This document shows positions 1-12,005 of a DNA stretch of 64,000 nucleotides, one piece after another; the stretch's first letter is position 1; each line of letters opens with the position of its first letter. Source of the stretch: Adineta vaga (taxonomy: Eukaryota > Animalia > Rotifera); assembly GCA_021613535.1 (NCBI GenBank), contig CP075496.1, positions 15,128,001 to 15,192,000 on the forward strand. The letters are read 5' to 3'. Position numbers and translations under genes: made by a program. The notes under the pieces were generated by a model that saw only the letters and a program-made list of their open reading frames with translations, did not search any database and was not told where the DNA came from.

Positions 1-1134
1 GTCGCTTCAATTGAAAGAAAAACTGGGCAAAGGAGCATTTGGTACAGTGTACAAAGGTACTTATTATGCATTTGAAATAGCTTGTAAAGTTATTGATTCA
101 CAATTATCGAAAGTAACGACAAAGGAAACAAATATTCTTAAAACACTTCATCATCCAAATATTGTTCGATATATTGATGTTATTTATACATCAAAACAAA
201 CGTTCGTAGTTATGGAATATATTGATGGAGGTACTTTGTACAATTACATTAAACAAACATCATATTCAAATGGTTATTGGATAAATACTCATAAAATGAT
301 GATCAATATCGCTTATGCTATGAGTTATTTACATGGAAAACATATTGTTCATGCTGACTTAAAATCTGATAATATTTTATTAAAATCAAATAATGTTGCA
401 GTTCTTTCGGATTTTGGTCTTTCAAAGATCATCAAAGAAACAGCAATACTATCCAGTAGTGGAAATACAGGTAATAATCATATTTCATAGAAGAAACTAT
501 TTTTGATTGTATTGAATTTATTTCAGGTGCTATAAGATGGCTTTCGCCTGAACTTTGTGCCAACAATCGAGAACGATCTTCGTATATGTCTGATGTTTGG
601 GCTTATGGATGCGTTTTATTGGAAATAATAACAAAGAAAGTACCTTGGGAAGATATGTTTGAAAATATGTATGATCTTATGGATGCTCTTGCTCGTGAGA
701 AGAATGCAAACATATTTGAAAAATTTTGTTATAATCAAAATGCACCTGATAATTTTCATAAAATGCTTCGTTCTTGTTGTGCTTGGTCAAGAAATAATCG
801 ACCTAATTTCGTAAAAATCATCAAAGATTTTCATGAATATACAAATACAACTAATTATACTCCGATTCAACATGATATGACTTTTCATAAACCTACAGTT
901 TCACATTTTCAACGACAGCCATCTGCTCATACTCGTCCTCAAACATCTTCAAGAAGAAATTATTATCAAGAAAAAAGTTATCGTTCAAGTAAAATTTTAT
1001 ACGATTCGGAAGAAGATGATACTCCTCATGCACGTTATCCTAGAACGACATCACACTATATATTTTCACGAAAGACATATGATGATGATGATGATGATGA
1101 GGAGGAGGAGGAGGAGGAGGACGATGTTTATTGA
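1..1134 (+). CDS. Ser/Thr (TKL-like) protein kinase, 5' end outside window; intron 471-526
   Basis: GKGAFGTVY glycine loop, ACK lysine, HADLKSDN catalytic loop, DFG. GT(471)...TTTCAG(526) intron splices in frame to GAIRWLSPE and SDVWAYG. Acidic tail encoded by (GAT)n(GAG)n. Confidence 0.9.
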
Positions 1135-1473
1135 CAGAAAATGTACAACGAAATAAATGTTGATTGGCATGAAACGTGAAAATAGAAAAAAATAATATAA
1201 AACAAATTTCGTGACAATTTTTATTCTTTTTTGATAAAAAATATAGAAATTCAATTCTTATGTCATTGTCAATGACGTAAAATATGCACTTTTATTTCGA
1301 AAAATTTCGTTACATATTTCACGGATAGGAATACAATGAAATGTTTTGTTGATGCATATTTATTATTTATACTTTATTTAACCCTAGTCCATCCAAGATG
1401 AGTCATTTTTGACCCAGTCATAAAAATTTGGGAATATACTATGATATTTTGGTAGTTTCTAGTTTAAGGGATC

Positions 1474-1556
1474 TTTATCATCTTGAGGGTGTGGGTGTGT
1501 GTGTGTGTGTGTGAATGCAACAGACTCTCATTCACACCCACACCCTCAATGATAAA
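1474..1556. repeat. Head-to-head telomeric-repeat cassette #1
   Basis: TTTATCATCTTGAGGGTGTGGG(TG)n-spacer-CACACCCACACCCTCAATGATAAA. Terminates the Athena RT ORF. Confidence 0.9.
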
Positions 1557-1831
1557 TAAATGATGAAACTTCTTTAATTCTGAAAAAGCTTCTTGCGCAC
1601 GTTTATCCGAAGCAGACATACAATTATCTCGTAGACAATTGGTAACAGTATTTAACAACATTTCATATTGTTCCTGAATAATTTGTTTATTTGTTCGATG
1701 TCGAAATCGACTTTGACATGGGATGACATATTGAAGTCCTTTGATAAACATCGCCATTTGAGATGGTGTTAAATTCGATTGAACTTCGATAAATGGCGAT
1801 GATGCAGTGATTTTTGTATAAATAAGGGCAA

Positions 1832-1907
1832 AGCTCCGACGACGACGAATATAAGACTGATGTTGTTTCTTTATTCGTTGGATGTCGTCGGAGCTCCATC
1901 GAAAAAA
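1832..1907 (-). promoter_or_regulatory. Programmed -1 ribosomal frameshift signal (U UUU UUC plus stem-loop)
   Basis: Minus-strand TTTTTTC (1901-1907), a 5-nt spacer, then a perfect 12-bp stem AGCTCCGACGAC/GTCGTCGGAGCT (1884-1895 with 1832-1843). The -1 frame has no stop before the RT ORF. Confidence 0.8.
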
Positions 1908-2937
1908 GACGTCAATTTATTTTGAAGCATACTATTCAGACGTATTCGCATCGTTTCTATTCGGTTTTCAATTGCCTCATATAATTCTTTGATGGTCAAT
2001 TGTGATCGATGAGAATGATCGGATAGAAATTTTTGTTTCAATTCTGCTGCCTCCTTTACATGACCACGAATAATATTTTCCATTGTGGCTAATGTTAACA
2101 CCATAACATCACATTTAAACTGTGTAATTGTTTTCGAACATTGTGATGTTAAATTGGCACGTTCATCATCATTGATTACTGAAGATTCAAGCATCTCTCT
2201 AATATTGTCTACAGCTTGATCGACCGATCGATCTACGGACGATGGTAGACGACGTAATGAAATACGTTTTCGTAGGATTTCTTGTCGTTCTTTCACTTTG
2301 AGTTGAGCAGCTACTGATTGCCATATCTTTTTTGCTAGATAGATCTAGAAAGAAAATTATGTGAACATATCGTTCCTGTTGTGGTGGTCATATTCGATTA
2401 CACTTACTTGCTCTTCACTAGGATGTAATGAATAAAATTTTGTAATGGCTTCATGGTCATTGTAATTGTTTTGTAACATAGTCTTTTTATAATTGAATTT
2501 ATCTTTTAATCGACGTAGACCATTTTCAACACATTTATCCATCATTTCTGTTATTTGATGGATATCGATTGGAGGTGAACATTGTTGCGTCCACGTTAAT
2601 AAGTCGAGGAAATGCTCCTGTAATTCCATACCGGACGTAGTCATTTGTCGATGAATCATTTTTTGACGCTGTTCAATTGAATGTTTAGATGGAGTAATCG
2701 TTTGACATGTACAATGGTCTCTAGCAATACTTTTTGATATTTTCATAGACCATGTATCATTTTTTGTTTCAAAATCGTGAAGATTTTGCCAGAGATCTTT
2801 TTGCAAGATGACGTAATGTGATGTGCTAATAAGATGCATCATCTTTCGAACAGATTGTAGTTTCTCATTTGTATCTAAACTGCAGACGATTTTATGACTA
2901 TGTTCATTGATGTTCGATAGCATTTCTTTTAATTTTT

Positions 2938-3265
2938 GATGACTGGAGTATCGCTGCAGTACGAGTGGAGTAGACTGGAGTATGGCTGGAGTATGAGCTT
3001 TAGCGTTTCACTGCAATCCATCCATACTCCCATTGTACTCCAGTCTACTCCACCCCTACTCCAGCAATACTCCAGCCTTACTGCACTCATACTCCACCCT
3101 TACTCCACTCATACTTCAGACTACTCCATCCCTACTCCGGCAATACTGCGATCTACTCCGGCAATACTCCGATCTACTCCACTCGTACTCCATCTTACTT
3201 CAATCGTACTCTAGCGTACTCCAGAATTTTTTTGGAGTATTGGATTAGCGCTTTTTCCCCCTTGG
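2938..3265. repeat. Non-autonomous element fragment with GGAGTA/TACTCC motif arrays, interrupting Athena ORF1
   Basis: Multiple GGAGTA motifs followed by many TACTCC motifs (inverted orientation), ending TTTTTCCCCCTTGG. It breaks the ORF1 reading frame. Confidence 0.55.
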
Positions 3266-3905
3266 CGATACCCAACAGGAAACTGGTGGAGGTAATAAAT
3301 GGGGTATGCCCGTAGCTACCATAGCGTTATTGTTATTGTCAGTTGATGTGCCAACTAACGTTGAAAGCCACGGAGGTAAATCCAATGAAGGTATTGATGC
3401 CAGAGTCTTCGAATCGATGAGAGCTTTAAAAATCCAATAGAGAAACAGAACATTTCAATGAATAGGCTACTATTGAAATTAGATTACCTGTCGAATTGGG
3501 TTTGAGTGAGGATGTTTCTGAATGTAGGCATTCACAAGTATCTAATGAGTCAAACCTCTCATGATCGACATGTTCTATAGATAATAAACGAAAACAGAAG
3601 TGTACTTTTAGTCTCTAATCGAATAGAAAACTTTACTGATTTTTTTGGCAATGTTTTTGTTGGCTAATTCACGATTTGTCATGATAAGATGATGAGTAAA
3701 AAGAAGTCTTGGTAGTAGATATATGGATTTCTAAAATGTCAACAATTTGCAATAGCTTATTCACATATAGTTCACATTAGGAAAACACAAGTACAAATAG
3801 TAGATGTTCACAGACATAACAAAAGACGAAAATACAAAAATACAAAAAAAGAAAAGATCACAGTAAAATTACTTTGCACAAAAGTACTGGAAAATAAAAC
3901 CTTAA

Positions 3906-6064
3906 CCCTTTCGAGTCGATGGGGCCCACCGGTAGGCCCCACTATATTTTAACAAAAATTTTAATAGAAAAACACTTTCTTTTCTTTTTTTTAAGCGGGG
4001 GATCGCACGTAATGTGTCATCTGCTCTGCCTTCGTTATTGTTCGAATTATTTATTGCATACCGTGATGTTTCTCGTTAAAACAATCAAGACAAAAAAACT
4101 TGTTACAATCACAACAGAAAGTTTTTATTTTCTTCGTTGTTGAATGACACACTTCTCTTGATTGTTGTTCCCTGTTTTTCTCGTAACAACCAGCACAACG
4201 TCTTCAGACATTACTTGTAGATCCTGCCATTTCTTCGAGCTCGTGATCAGCTAGTTTGCGCTTCAACGAACTTGTTGATTGTTGTCTTGGATCAGGTTTC
4301 AGATCCTCGGATAATACACCAAGCAATAAAGAGCGCACAAGACTCTCACGAAACTGTAGGATGCTTGTATTGCCAATTGTATAGTTTTCTTTGTATATCA
4401 AATAGCTACTCACTACCGATGTACCAAATATCAATTCAAATGCCACCTTGTGATACCATTTGATAGATCGTCTGAGGCATGTATAGTATGCTGATAGCTG
4501 ATCAGATAAATCTATACCTTGTTTTCCTTCATTATAATCGAGGACAACTTGTGGTTTCATAATGCGCTCATTTAATTTATTAATTTTCTTGGTATCCACC
4601 ACAACTGCTGCATGGGATGGTTTTGTGGATATCATCAAAACGTCTCTTTTATCTTTCCACATGATTAATTTTATACCGTTTTTTGTTTTGGAGTCCGTAA
4701 ACTTCACGACGCTTCAGCTTTTTCTGAACGATTTTCTGACCTGATACAGCACGATTACTTCTGAACGTTCCAATCAAATACGTATCATTTTGCAACAAAT
4801 GTTCTGCAAGAGAAATACTTGTAAAGAAGTTGTCAGCGACTATAATACGATAACATCCCAAAAGATCTTCTGATAAATTCATTACGACTGTTTGAGAATG
4901 TCCAAGACCAGTCGTCGGATTCTGCTTTCCGGTACAAACGGTAAAATTCCAAGTGTATCCATTAGTAGTCGCTAGTTTGTATATCTTTACGCCATATTTG
5001 TGCACTTTTCCAGGAATATATTGGTTGAACAAAAGTCTGCCGTTCCATGGTACTATTGTTTCGTCGATAGAAATAGTTGACCCGAGAGCGTAAATCGACT
5101 TAAATCGGTCTTTCAATAAATCTAGCAGTGGTTTCAATTTGAACAACCTATCTTGGTCTGCATGCTTCTTCTCATTGTTAGAAAAATGATAAAATTTGAG
5201 AAGTAATTCAAATCTATCTCTTGACATTGTATTTTGAATGACTGCGGATCCATACAACTTGCTTTTGCTCCAACAGTAATCCATTTTCGGCATTTGTACC
5301 AATCCCATCTGAATAACAACTCCCAAAAATTGAAGCATTTCCTCATTAGTAGATGGTTTCCATTGAAGAGTTTGTGATCGTTGGCTAAGCTCTTTGGTCT
5401 GTAAGTGTTGTTCTGCATATCGATTAGTTTCGTGCACCATGAGGCAAACAATTTCGTCGGTGATGAAATGTCGGTAGCAATCAATAGGATTGATTGTATT
5501 ATCTTCTGAAGTTGTCGGTACTTCTTCGACAATTCCATGATCCTCCTGAAATTCAGCATCCGATTCTGATTCTATTTCATTCCAAACTTGTGAATCACGG
5601 TCATCATCAGAAATTTCTTCCTCGAAACTTGATGATTCAAATTGCATTCTAGCAAAATCATCATCCAAAGAACTGACATCACTTTCTGAATTCCTGCAGT
5701 CTTTAGAATCGGTTTCTTCAGACGACATGTAATTCAGATCCAAACTTCAATTGTTTTGATGCAAATGAAAGGAAAGAACCAAAGATAATGCTTCGAAAAC
5801 AATGCAAAAGAAAAAAATGGAAAATTCGTTTCGTTATCTTATTCCTAGTGAGTAATACGTACAAGAAAGAGAAAGGCAAACATGAATAATTATTCGGCTG
5901 CACGTGAAAAAGGACTGTCTATATACTGATACAAGGAAGAAAAAGAAAAAAGAATGGTAGCTCATACCGAAAAGATCAAAGAGTGCATTTATCGAAAGAT
6001 AAATGCACGTAAAAATGAATTTATTAAAGGTATTTTCTAAAATAATTGAATCGACTCGAAAGGG
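3906..6064 (-). mobile_element. piggyBac DNA transposon, complete ends, frameshifted transposase
   Basis: TTAA TSDs (3902-3905, 6065-6068) and perfect 15-bp TIR CCCTTTCGAGTCGAT. Transposase motifs SIDE, DNFFTS and GIDLSDQ, with a Cys-rich C-terminus near 4050-4200. Confidence 0.95.
4052..5743 (-). pseudogene. piggyBac transposase (frameshifts near 4680 and 4200)
   Basis: ORFs 4649-5743 and 4204-4707, plus a C-terminal zinc-finger segment (CAGC...CCDCNKFFCLDCF) in another frame. Confidence 0.9.
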
Positions 6065-6342
6065 TTAAGAGAAATCAGTTTGCTCCCTCTCGAAAATATC
6101 CATATGATACTTTTTATGGGCTTGAAAAATAAGGATAAATGGAATAGTTGCAGAGAATTGTTTTCGTGTTTTATTTTTAGTTTAAAAGTTATAGATGCAA
6201 ATCGACCATCGTTAAACGTGTAATGTATACAGAATAAGAAAATTATTTCACTTACACCTTTTTTATGTGACAACGTGCTTTTTTAATTTTATGATAACCG
6301 AAAGATAGTTTATATATCAACGATTACCTGCACAACGAGATA

Positions 6343-7242
6343 CAGGTGTTTGCAAAAAAACTTGGAAAAAAATTTGTTTTTCTTAAAAAGGTTTTCTCTA
6401 CTATTATAAGTAACTACGCAAGTCATTTTTTGTGGTCCAAGTCCTCGACAGATATACTTCACTTTGTATATATAGAAGTGCCATATTTTTCCTTTTCGAT
6501 ATATATTTATCCAATTATGTCGTCCACCAGTAGCTCGAAAAGTCATCATTTTTCACTTTTGTCTTTTTGGAACAAGAGCATACAATCTGTTTCCCTTATT
6601 TATCGTGAAACAAGCAGTTCACTTAAACATCGAGATGAAAATGGTCAACCACGTATTCTTGATGGGAAAGAAAAAGAAACTATTGATCAATACATACAAT
6701 AGAATAACGAAGTAACTCTAAGAGAAATAAAAGAAAATTTATCGAAAATGGATCACAGATCAATATCTATGTCAACAGTTAGTCGTCACCTTCATAAATA
6801 TGAGTATAAATATATTTTACCTCAATATATTGAACTATATATTCGATATTACTAGTGGTAGGCTCTCATTTGCTACGCAAAACTTTAAGAGGTTTCTTGT
6901 TTGAGAAGATATTGTATAACAAGATGGGCGAGTTTTATTGTAAGTACTTCAATGTAATATTTATAGAAGAAATCCAAAGAAAAAGACTGATGAACTCCAA
7001 CATTTTTCAGGTGAAAAAGGCAAAAAAATTGAAATATCCATGACAAATATTTTCGATGTGATGAAGGAAACGGAATATTTGTATAATATCTTTTTTATAA
7101 GTCAATCAAAAAAATATGAAACTATACTGTTGTTTAGTACTCGTCGTGAGCTATCTGGCACACTATAAAACAATTCGAAGACCACTTGTATAGAGAAAGA
7201 TATCCGTGAAAGAAGGTTTCCAAGTTTTTTTGCAAACACCTG
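6343..7242 (+). mobile_element. Internally deleted Tc1/mariner element
   Basis: TA-flanked TIR of about 26 bp, CAGGTGTTTGCAAAAAAACTTGGAAA, at both ends. Decayed N-terminal HTH transposase remnant at about 6590-6830 (GQPRIL...TLREIK...STVSRHL). Confidence 0.85.
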
Positions 7243-7526
7243 TACGTTTTTACGAGAACTATCATGACATTGTTTTATTTTGTTATTTCGAGAGGTAGAA
7301 TATTTAAGTCAAGTAAAAACTGAGTGTAGGAGAGAGTAATGAAATAGTTCTCTTCACTTTGAATAAGTAGTATACTAAGAGTCAAAACCTAAGAAAATTC
7401 TAGTGCAAATGCTGTGTTTGTTAGAGATAACTGATTTGCAAACTTACATTACGAATTTGAATATATAGTTATGTAGATTTCAACGATTAGTACAAGTTCG
7501 ATAAACGTTGACAATAAATTATTATT

Positions 7527-8327
7527 ATGAATCACATCGATCATCTTATTATTAATACTCGAGATCGTCTTGATCAGATAGCAGCATATTTTAAACGTAT
7601 GGGATTTATCATCACACCACGTGGTTATCATTCAAGCGGTACAATAAATCACACGATTGTCTTCAAAACTGATTATTTAGAATTGTTTGGATACACACCA
7701 GACATACCATTGGGAAAGCGTTTGAGACTAGAAAAATTACCTATAGGGTTAGTAAATATGGTGATCAAAGCTGATGATATAGAACAAGTGCAAACGACAC
7801 TCATAGCACGTGACTCGACAACTATATCGCCATTGTCTTTGTCACGTCCGGTTAGTTTCGATAAAAATACAACGGCAAATGCCGCGTTTTGCGTAACACG
7901 TTTGGAACCTGCTCCTATTCCTGGTGTAGGTATCACCTACTATCATCATTTTAATCCAGAACTAGTTTGGCGTCCTGAATGGCAAACACATCCCAATGGT
8001 TGCATTGCTATGCTCCAACTTCATATCAACGTTACTGATCCCCATGCTGCAGTTCAGATATTTCGGCGTGCTATGGATATTGATAAATTTGTTAATACCG
8101 AATCAAATTGTGGTATTCTTTACTTGCCAACTTTCAAAATCCTACTGACCGTTGAAAACAATGAGCCGTTAGGTATGTACAAATTAACGTTCGCTATTGA
8201 TTCTATAGACAAGCTCGTAGCCGCACTTGAACAAAGCGATATAGAATATCATAAAAAAGATGGATGTATCGTTACTGACACAGAACCACATATCGGCTGT
8301 GTATTAGAATTCGAACCTATGCCATAA
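7527..8327 (+). CDS. Glyoxalase-like/VOC-superfamily protein (bacterial-type), intronless
   Basis: IDHLII...GF...PRGYHSSGTINH...YLEL and 'ELVWRPEWQTHPNG' motifs typical of bacterial glyoxalase-like proteins. Confidence 0.8.
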   Translation: MNHIDHLIINTRDRLDQIAAYFKRMGFIITPRGYHSSGTINHTIVFKTDYLELFGYTPDIPLGKRLRLEKLPIGLVNMVIKADDIEQVQTTLIARDSTTISPLSLSRPVSFDKNTTANAAFCVTRLEPAPIPGVGITYYHHFNPELVWRPEWQTHPNGCIAMLQLHINVTDPHAAVQIFRRAMDIDKFVNTESNCGILYLPTFKILLTVENNEPLGMYKLTFAIDSIDKLVAALEQSDIEYHKKDGCIVTDTEPHIGCVLEFEPMP

Positions 8328-9053
8328 TCATGTTCGTAACATAATTATCACTTATCAAACAGGACTATCTTATTGATTTCTTTACATTTAGTTAGCTTTG
8401 ACATGAGTTGTAAGAATCTTTGTTCGTAGAAGTGTAATTCATCTCGAAGAAACAATCACCATATTGTTGTTCGAACGACATTTGATTGACGAAACTTTAT
8501 CAAATTACCAAAAAGAAAAGAAATAAATGAAGTACAAACAATTTTTCAAGAAGTGAAAAGATATTCTAGTTTACTGTGCTGTCAACATGGGATATGAGTA
8601 GTGCATATGTATTATTTCGATTTTCGATCAATTTTCTAATGAATGACAACGGATTAACACGAAAATGACATGATTGCAGTTGCAAAAGAACATGGTGTTC
8701 TAGTTTTTCTACGAATCCATCGAAAGTAATCTAACCTTTCTGAAAAGCATTTGGTTAAGCAAGACACCCTCGTCGAGCGTTGTTTATGATTAACTGATGG
8801 TTTAAAATACGAAATTTGATTTATTTTTTTATTTTTTTTTATTATTCGCCAAAAAGTAAAACTGATGACCATTAGGTCCTAGCAGTACCATAGAATGAGA
8901 AGAAATATAAAAAGAGAGTTAAAAAAGAGAAAGAAAAACAGTCTTTATATCCTTAACAGTATACCAACATAAAATAAGCAATAGCATACGAAGAGGAGTA
9001 AAGAAAACATCCAAATAACAAAATACAGTAGAGAAAAAATACAAACAAACAAT

Positions 9054-12005
9054 TTAAGCCAAGAAAGACTCAGGAAAAAGACGTAGGAGATGTATCTCAT
9101 CCATATCATAAGAAGGAAGAGACGACAGAGAAGAGTGAGAAGAAACCCAACCCATACACCTTTCAAACACGGAAATATTATCGATATATCTTTTAGAAAC
9201 CCTTAAGCCTCTAATGGAAAAATTCCTATCAAACCACAATTGTCTAAAAGAATTCAAATATGTACGTTCAAGAACTAATTCACCATCAATAGAGTCAGAT
9301 AATGCAGCAAGATAACGATGCCAGTATTTATAACATCTATCTTCGAGAGAAAGTTCATCAAAAAAGATAAGCAAAGAGAAAATCATGAGTACCAAGACAA
9401 AATAAAGAACGTTTAAGACAAGTGAAGTAGAAATGACTAATAAGAGCACGTTGAAGATCAGTGAAGAGTGGAAAGATTGGAAATAACCAAGTGAAAAGAG
9501 GAAGAATATACGAAGAAAAAAGTGCACGCCTCAAAGACAACGAACTTTTACCATGGAATTTGAAAGAATTAACTAACAACAATCTTTTTCTAATTTTCAA
9601 CAATGATCTACAGATAAGCTTACCCCAACCTAACCTCGACGACATGAAATAACCTAAATATTTATATTCCTTAACCCAATTAAGATTATTTCCATCCATT
9701 TTAATAACAAAAGGTGGAGAACAAGGCGCACGAGAACTCCACAAACACTCAGTTTTTTTATAATTAATAGGTTGAACAGTGAGAAGACAATAGAATTCAA
9801 GTTGTTCGCAAAATAGCTTGGTTCTTTTTTCTAAATCTAAACATTGAGATGAAAATTTTACACCTATTCGACCAGCAAAAACAGCCGCTAAATCATCTGC
9901 AAAAAGATGAGACGACGACCACGAAAGAAAATTTGACATATCTGCATGATATGTTATGAAAACAGTAGGAGTTAGCGAACTTCCTTGTGGTCCACCTTTT
10001 TCAATATTAAACCATCTAGATTTTTTATTATTAATCTCAATATAAGCTCTACGATTACTAAGCCAAGCGCCAATCCAATTCACAAAAGAAAGCGGAATAC
10101 CCATCTGCCGAAATTTACCGATACAACCTTCACGTCACAACATATCAAAAGCACTTTTAAAATCAACAAAAATTGTTGTTACTGGAGAGTTATTAGATAA
10201 ATAACTATATAAATCTTCTAAAAACAAGAGAACTCTAGTTTGTAGTCTAAATTTTTCTCTAAAACCAGATTGATTATCAGGTAAAAGACCTCTTCTAAAT
10301 AGTACATCATGAAAACGAGGTAAAAATAGTTTTCACCAACTTTTTGAAAACAATCAATTAGAGAAATAGGTCTAATTTGGGATGGTAGACAGACAGATTC
10401 ATTTTTAGCTAGTAACAACATCCTAGTATCTTTCCAAGAATCAGGAAAAAAAGATGTAGAAAAAGAGAAATTGAAAAGATGAAGAAGAAAAGACCAATGA
10501 GATGAATGAAGAAAGTTAAACATATAATTATTTAAACCATGTGCATCAAGAGATTTCTTTTTCTTCCAATTAACAATCAATAAATTAATTTCATCAATTG
10601 AAACCGAAAGAATAGAATCATTTTTATTATCAAATTCAACAAAAGGAGCATCAACATAAGGATGAGGTCGAACTATATTTTCTGATTTACGAAAGAAATC
10701 CTCATAAAATCCGCTGCAATAGTACACAAATCAACCGAATCTTTTGTAACAACACCTGAAGAAGAAATAAAACCATTAAGAGATGCAGAAGAAGGTTTAA
10801 TGAAACGTTTAACTTTAGACCAAAAGGAAATAGAAATACTAGAAGAAGAATGTCTTAGTTGAAGAGCACGAGAAAGATTAGAAGAAACAAAACTTTTAAG
10901 TTCATGTTTAACTTGTTTTCTTAATAAACAAATATGTTTTTTTAATACACTATTATTCGTACGAATTAGACGAAAAGAAAGAGCACGAACATATGACATA
11001 AAACACCTAAGATAAGGAGGAATAGCAATCCTATATTTATGCAGTGGAAAAAATCTAGTACATCGAGCAATTAATAGTTGAAGAAACATGATATATTGGT
11101 TATAAGTTTCATTAAAACTAAGACCACACCAATTTTTTTTTCCAATACGAGAATGTATATTCAGTGAATAAATTAAAAATCTTCCAATGAATTGAATTTC
11201 CTTTAGCTTGCTTAAGAACTTTAAAAGGAAGAATAGAAAGAATTGGGCAATGATCACTAGTTGTATTAATATTCAATTTTTGAATTTCAATACCAGTTAC
11301 ATTCGAAAAAGCATAATCAATAGTACGAGTAGAACGAAAAGAAGTATAACCATCAGGAACAAAAGGAGAAAGAGACAAAGAATCTGCCCAGTCTAATATA
11401 CAATCAGCTTTAATACCATCCTGTTCAAGATCAACATTAAAATTACCAAAAAGTACACATCTATCAGAAAAAAAGGAAGATAAATCATTCCAACACCATG
11501 AACGACTATCCGGTGCATAAACCCCAATAAACCTACAATCCTCTTCAATTGAGACATCAATAACACAAACATTAGGAATGTTACAATCAATTCTTTTAAC
11601 CTTTATATCATTTCGAACAAGAATCAAAACACCACCATTTCTGTTTTCGCCTAACTGATAGAAAATTTTAAAATTAGAAAAAGATTGACGATAGAAGGAT
11701 AAATCTAATTTGCCTGTTTCCAAAAGAATAATAATATCCGTGTTTGAAGAAGAGATAATAAGAAGAACTTCTTGCCAACGAACATTAAACATAAGAACAT
11801 GTAAAGAAGAAAGATAATTCTTCCACAGAGAAAAACATGAAGAAAGGAGTGGATTACTTTCCCACTCAGAAAGAATAGAGCAAAACAGTTTAAAATCAAA
11901 TAGAGAAAGAGTATCCTTAGCATTATCTAAGAACAGATTTCTCTTACTATTTTGAGAAAAAGAAGGACAACTGAAGAAAGAAGGAGAAAGAGGCGAAAGG
12001 ATCAT
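9054..12005 (-). pseudogene. LINE ORF2 (AP endonuclease-reverse transcriptase), multiple frameshifts
   Basis: ORF fragments 11118-12005, 10673-11257, 10218-10727, 9358-10104 and 9054-9527 carry consecutive APE and RT motifs. Confidence 0.9.

Larger units (their letters stand above)
1557..3682 (-). mobile_element. Athena/Terminon-type (Penelope-like) retroelement fragment: intron-containing coiled-coil ORF1 plus N-terminus of RT ORF
   Basis: ORF1 pieces 2357-2923 and 1871-2296 are joined by a GTAAGT...TTCTAG intron (about 2346-2407) and end in ...SFFDGAP. The -1 frame is open into 'IKGLQYVIPCQSRF', which resembles the N-terminal motif of Penelope/Athena RT ORFs. Further upstream exons reach an ATG at 3682. 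RT core absent (truncated near 1550). Confidence 0.75.

Noticed and set aside
2936-3248. Plus-strand ORFs of 92 and 71 aa
   Set aside because: They arise from TACTCC motif repeats of a non-coding insertion.
7527-8327. Bacterial contamination
   Set aside because: Embedded among eukaryotic TEs and intron-containing genes with matching base composition.
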